A DNA stretch of 1,542 nucleotides from Naegleria gruberi. Its lineage: Eukaryota. The notes under the pieces are model-generated. The model did no database searches. It was not told where the DNA came from and saw only the letters and a list, made by a program, of their open reading frames with translations. The position numbers and the translations under genes are program-made. Below are positions 1 through 1,542 of the stretch, one piece after another (the stretch's first letter is position 1; each line of letters begins with the position of its first letter). The stretch lies in NCBI GenBank assembly GCA_000004985.1, contig GG739389.1; one strand, 5' to 3'.

Positions 1-155
1 CTGAAAAGTGGTGTAGAATCGTGTTGGAAACACCAACATTGACTATCATTATCATAGCCGACAATAACATGAGGAGAAGGATACTTTTCCAATAGGAATT
101 TATAATCAACAAAGGGAGAATCAATCTTTGCGAGAGTGGTCGAAGAAGAGGCCAT
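1..155 (-). CDS. 5' portion of a protein-coding gene, truncated by the window start. Encodes MASSSTTLAKIDSPFVDYKFLLEKYPSPHVIVGYDNDSQCWCFQHDSTPLF... Product unknown.
   Basis: Reverse complement of 1-155 reads ATG GCC TCT TCT TCG ACC ... CTT TTC AG: 51 sense codons with no stop, running off the window edge. The ATG (complement of 153-155) is the first ATG after an in-frame stop (complement of 207-209). Context aatcatataATGG has A at -3 and G at +4, with an A-rich leader (CAAAA repeats). The open length is unlikely by chance at this composition (stop frequency about 7 percent per codon, so P about 0.02 for 50 codons). It is absent from the supplied ORF track, probably because it is partial. No homolog recognised from memory. 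Confidence 0.5.
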   Translation of the reverse strand, partial: MASSSTTLAKIDSPFVDYKFLLEKYPSPHVIVGYDNDSQCWCFQHDSTPLF

Positions 156-162
156 TATATGA

Positions 163-181
163 TTGTTTTGTTTTGTTTTTG
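163..181. repeat. Pentanucleotide microsatellite (TTTTG)n, which is (CAAAA)n on the sense strand of the minus gene. It has about 3.5 units and lies 8-26 bp upstream of that gene's ATG.
   Basis: Direct reading gives ttg ttttg ttttg tttttg, with G at 165, 170, 175 and 181. It sits in the presumptive 5' leader of the minus-strand gene. Confidence 0.7.
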
Positions 182-1258
182 ATGGTATTTCTTGATAAAT
201 TACGAGCTATTTATTTTTAGCATTCAATTCAAAATATTGAATCTTCATAGTAATTGAACCTGACAGTTCCATGTACCATATGGTTACAAATTCTTAGAAA
301 TCGTTGACTTAAAAAAGAGGTGTTATCACTTAACTATTACATGAACCAAGTTTGTGTCCAGAAACAAAAATCTAAAGGACAACAAACACTTTGGAGGTTA
401 AATCTGATGATTCAATTGAAAATGTGAAAAGAAAAGTTATCTTGCCTTGCGATTCAGCACTAAATTTGTTGCCACTACGAACCAACCACTCACTAAATAT
501 CGTCGAGCTGTAATTAGAATACAAGTAAGTGTCCTGTCAGTGGATGTATCTTTGCTAACAAGCAATAATTGTATTATATTATTGAAAACTAACTAATTTA
601 GTTGCGTAAAACTAATAAAAATTTTGATAAATATTTCGAAAAGAAACTTTAAGTAATTAAATGGATTGTATGGTTTTGCATTGTGATTTCGCCAAACCTG
701 ATGAAACGGGTTTCTCATTTTGCTTTGTTTTTAAGCTGGTACCTAATTTACCACAACACCACAATATTTCTTAGGTGTTGAAATAAGATTTCAGGATAAT
801 TGAAAAAAGACTACAGCACCACAGGTTCCCAAGTTGTCTCCAACCTCAGTACTGATGTGGCTCGACGATGCTTAACTTCTCAAATCGGATAGAGGTGCAT
901 TCATCGTGATATGGCCGTAGCCATCCATAACCTCAAAAATATTCTGATAAACAAGCACTGTGGTCCTTGAGGTAAAGTCCATGAAAATGTTGCAAGTTTG
1001 AATAATGAAGTTTCTCCTTTCTAATCAAAATCTGTAATCAACTCAGTCAATTAGAATCACTTCATCTAGCAAAAAACACGAAAAGTGCTCCATTCACTTT
1101 TCCGACTTGATGAAAAAACGTCCTCGTCCTTCTTCCGTGAGTGCGTTCTAACGTTTTTCAACGCAACAACTTGGTGAGCTGCTACAACTACGCACGTTCT
1201 TTTTCGTCATGGTGAAAATCCGAACAATAGAAAAAGACCGTTGGAGTTTTATCTTCAA

Positions 1259-1268
1259 CATAAATATT
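1259..1268 (+). promoter_or_regulatory. Weak TATA-like element (cATAAATAtt), about 125-135 bp upstream of the plus-gene ATG.
   Basis: One mismatch to TATAWAWR at the first position. The spacing to the ATG is compatible with a yeast core promoter. AT-rich context makes chance matches likely. Confidence 0.2.
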
Positions 1269-1301
1269 GGTGAGACTGCATGAAGGAACAAAAACACAAT
1301 C

Positions 1302-1310
1302 AAAAAAAAA
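1302..1310. promoter_or_regulatory. Poly(dA:dT) tract (A9), about 80-90 bp upstream of the plus-gene ATG.
   Basis: caaaaaaaaag at 1301-1311. Homopolymeric dA:dT tracts are established nucleosome-disfavouring promoter elements in yeasts. A role here is inferred from position only. Confidence 0.35.
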
Positions 1311-1391
1311 GACTCAACAACTAATTGTTCTATTGAAGAACTAACAACAACAAGATATCTTGATATCAAAAGAAAACATTAGAAAATAAGA

Positions 1392-1542
1392 ATGAACGCT
1401 GTTATTATTCCATCAAATACTTCTGCTACTCATAAGAAGATGCATGCCAAGAAACATTCACCTCTCTCAGAGAGAAGAACCTTCTCAAGTGAATTAACTG
1501 TCAATTTGACTTCAGATAGAACTGCAATTGCTAATACTGCCA
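1392..1542 (+). CDS. 5' portion of a protein-coding gene, truncated by the window end. Encodes MNAVIIPSNTSATHKKMHAKKHSPLSERRTFSSELTVNLTSDRTAIANTA... (Ser/Thr- and Lys/His-rich N-terminus). Product unknown.
   Basis: ATG at 1392 is preceded by an in-frame TAG (1380-1382) and has the A-rich context aaaataagaATGaac (A at -3). There are 50 open codons to the window end. Codon choice is yeast-like (AGA x3 for Arg, CCA, GCT, ACT x5, TCA x5, TTG/TTA). GC content rises relative to the upstream leader. Not in the supplied ORF track, presumably because it is partial. Confidence 0.55.
   Translation, partial: MNAVIIPSNTSATHKKMHAKKHSPLSERRTFSSELTVNLTSDRTAIANTA

Larger units (their letters stand above)
156..1391. 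promoter_or_regulatory. Divergent (head-to-head) intergenic region shared by the two flanking genes, about 1.24 kb with no convincing coding capacity.
   Basis: Bounded by two start codons pointing outward (155 on minus, 1392 on plus). Six-frame inspection finds only short ORFs (73 aa or less) with low-complexity translations. Composition is very AT-rich (about 19 percent GC at 540-660). The exact promoter extent and transcription start sites cannot be determined from sequence. Confidence 0.5.

Noticed and set aside
22-38. TGTTGG-aaaca-CCAACA inverted repeat resembling the TG...CA termini of yeast Ty LTRs (delta-like start TGTTGGAA), with a possible aatcg target-site-like repeat at 17-21 and 299-303.
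   Set aside because: The two arms are only 5 bp apart, so they cannot be LTR ends. The segment sits inside the open minus-strand reading frame (encoding ...QCWCFQH...), and no LTR-length element with a matching terminus follows. My memory of the delta sequence is not reliable enough to support homology.
470-490. Search for tRNA internal-promoter B-box (GGTTCGANTCC, either strand), prompted by CGAACC at 475-480 and GGTTCC at 824-829.
   Set aside because: Neither site matches the B-box beyond 6 nt, and no A-box or cloverleaf-compatible arms surround them. No tRNA gene is supported.
617-625. AAAAATTTT (RRPE-like ribosome-biogenesis element). Also scattered GATAA motifs (194, 625, 945), the GATATC-tt-GATATC pair at 1354-1367, and an Rme1-like AACCTCAAAAA at 926-936.
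   Set aside because: All occur in extremely AT-rich sequence at about the frequency expected by chance (I estimate about 5 GATAA expected in this interval). No supporting partner motifs such as PAC were seen. Not reportable without conservation data.
661-774. Plus-strand small ORF of 37 aa (MDCMVLHCDFAKPDETGFSFCFVFKLVPNLPQHHNIS).
   Set aside because: Its length is within chance expectation. It has no convincing start context and no recognisable features. I also consider the 36-aa minus ORF at 982..872 uninformative on its own.
1148-1369. 73-aa minus-strand ORF from the supplied track (MISRYLVVVSSSIEQLVVESFFLIVFLFLHAVSPIFMLKIKLQ...).
   Set aside because: It lies antisense to the A-rich leader and promoter of the plus-strand gene and ends 23 bp from that gene's ATG. 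Its Val/Phe/Leu/Ser low-complexity translation is what a T-rich antisense strand yields by chance. No domain-like features. Most likely a dubious ORF.
1489-1515. GTGAAT...ACTTCAG pair inside the plus CDS that could be read as a 27-nt in-frame mini-intron.
   Set aside because: Too short for a real spliceosomal intron in yeasts or nematodes. The reading frame is open straight through, so nothing requires splicing.
1-1542. Prokaryotic-style systems (CRISPR repeats, operons, defence islands, IS elements).
   Set aside because: No direct-repeat array, no long ORFs and no terminal inverted repeats of IS length. Composition and codon usage point to a eukaryotic nuclear intergenic region, so the exciting-system framing does not apply here.

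Overview
This is an AT-rich (about one-third GC), ORF-poor window that looks eukaryotic rather than prokaryotic or phage. The supplied ORF track leaves out two partial ORFs at the window edges, which are its main content. A minus-strand ORF starts at the ATG at 155-153 and runs off the left edge. A plus-strand ORF starts at the ATG at 1392 and runs off the right edge. Each has an in-frame stop just upstream, A at -3, and about 50 open codons, where roughly 2 percent of frames would stay open that long by chance at this composition. The window is therefore best read as a head-to-head (divergent) gene pair with about 1.24 kb of shared non-coding promoter DNA (156-1391) between them. Codon usage in both fragments (AGA Arg, CCA, GCT, ACT, TCA, TTG) fits a budding-yeast-like (Saccharomycotina) genome, but an AT-rich nematode-type genome is not excluded. 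I do not recognise either protein. Inside the intergenic region I can support these items: a (TTTTG)n microsatellite abutting the minus-gene ATG; an A9 tract and a weak TATA-like element in front of the plus-gene ATG; a GC-enriched island (about 805-975) set against a 19-percent-GC stretch (540-660); a yeast-type intron signal triad (GTAAGT ... AACTAAC ... TAG, 525-601) outside any coding context; several short perfect palindromes; and recurrence of the hexamer TGAAAA. There is no CRISPR array, tRNA, rRNA, mobile-element terminus or prokaryotic operon or defence-system architecture. The only ORF in the supplied track (1148-1369, minus, 73 aa) is most likely a compositional artefact antisense to the plus-gene leader. 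Nothing here supports a claim of a novel multi-gene system. The open questions are the long regulatory region and whether it is transcribed.
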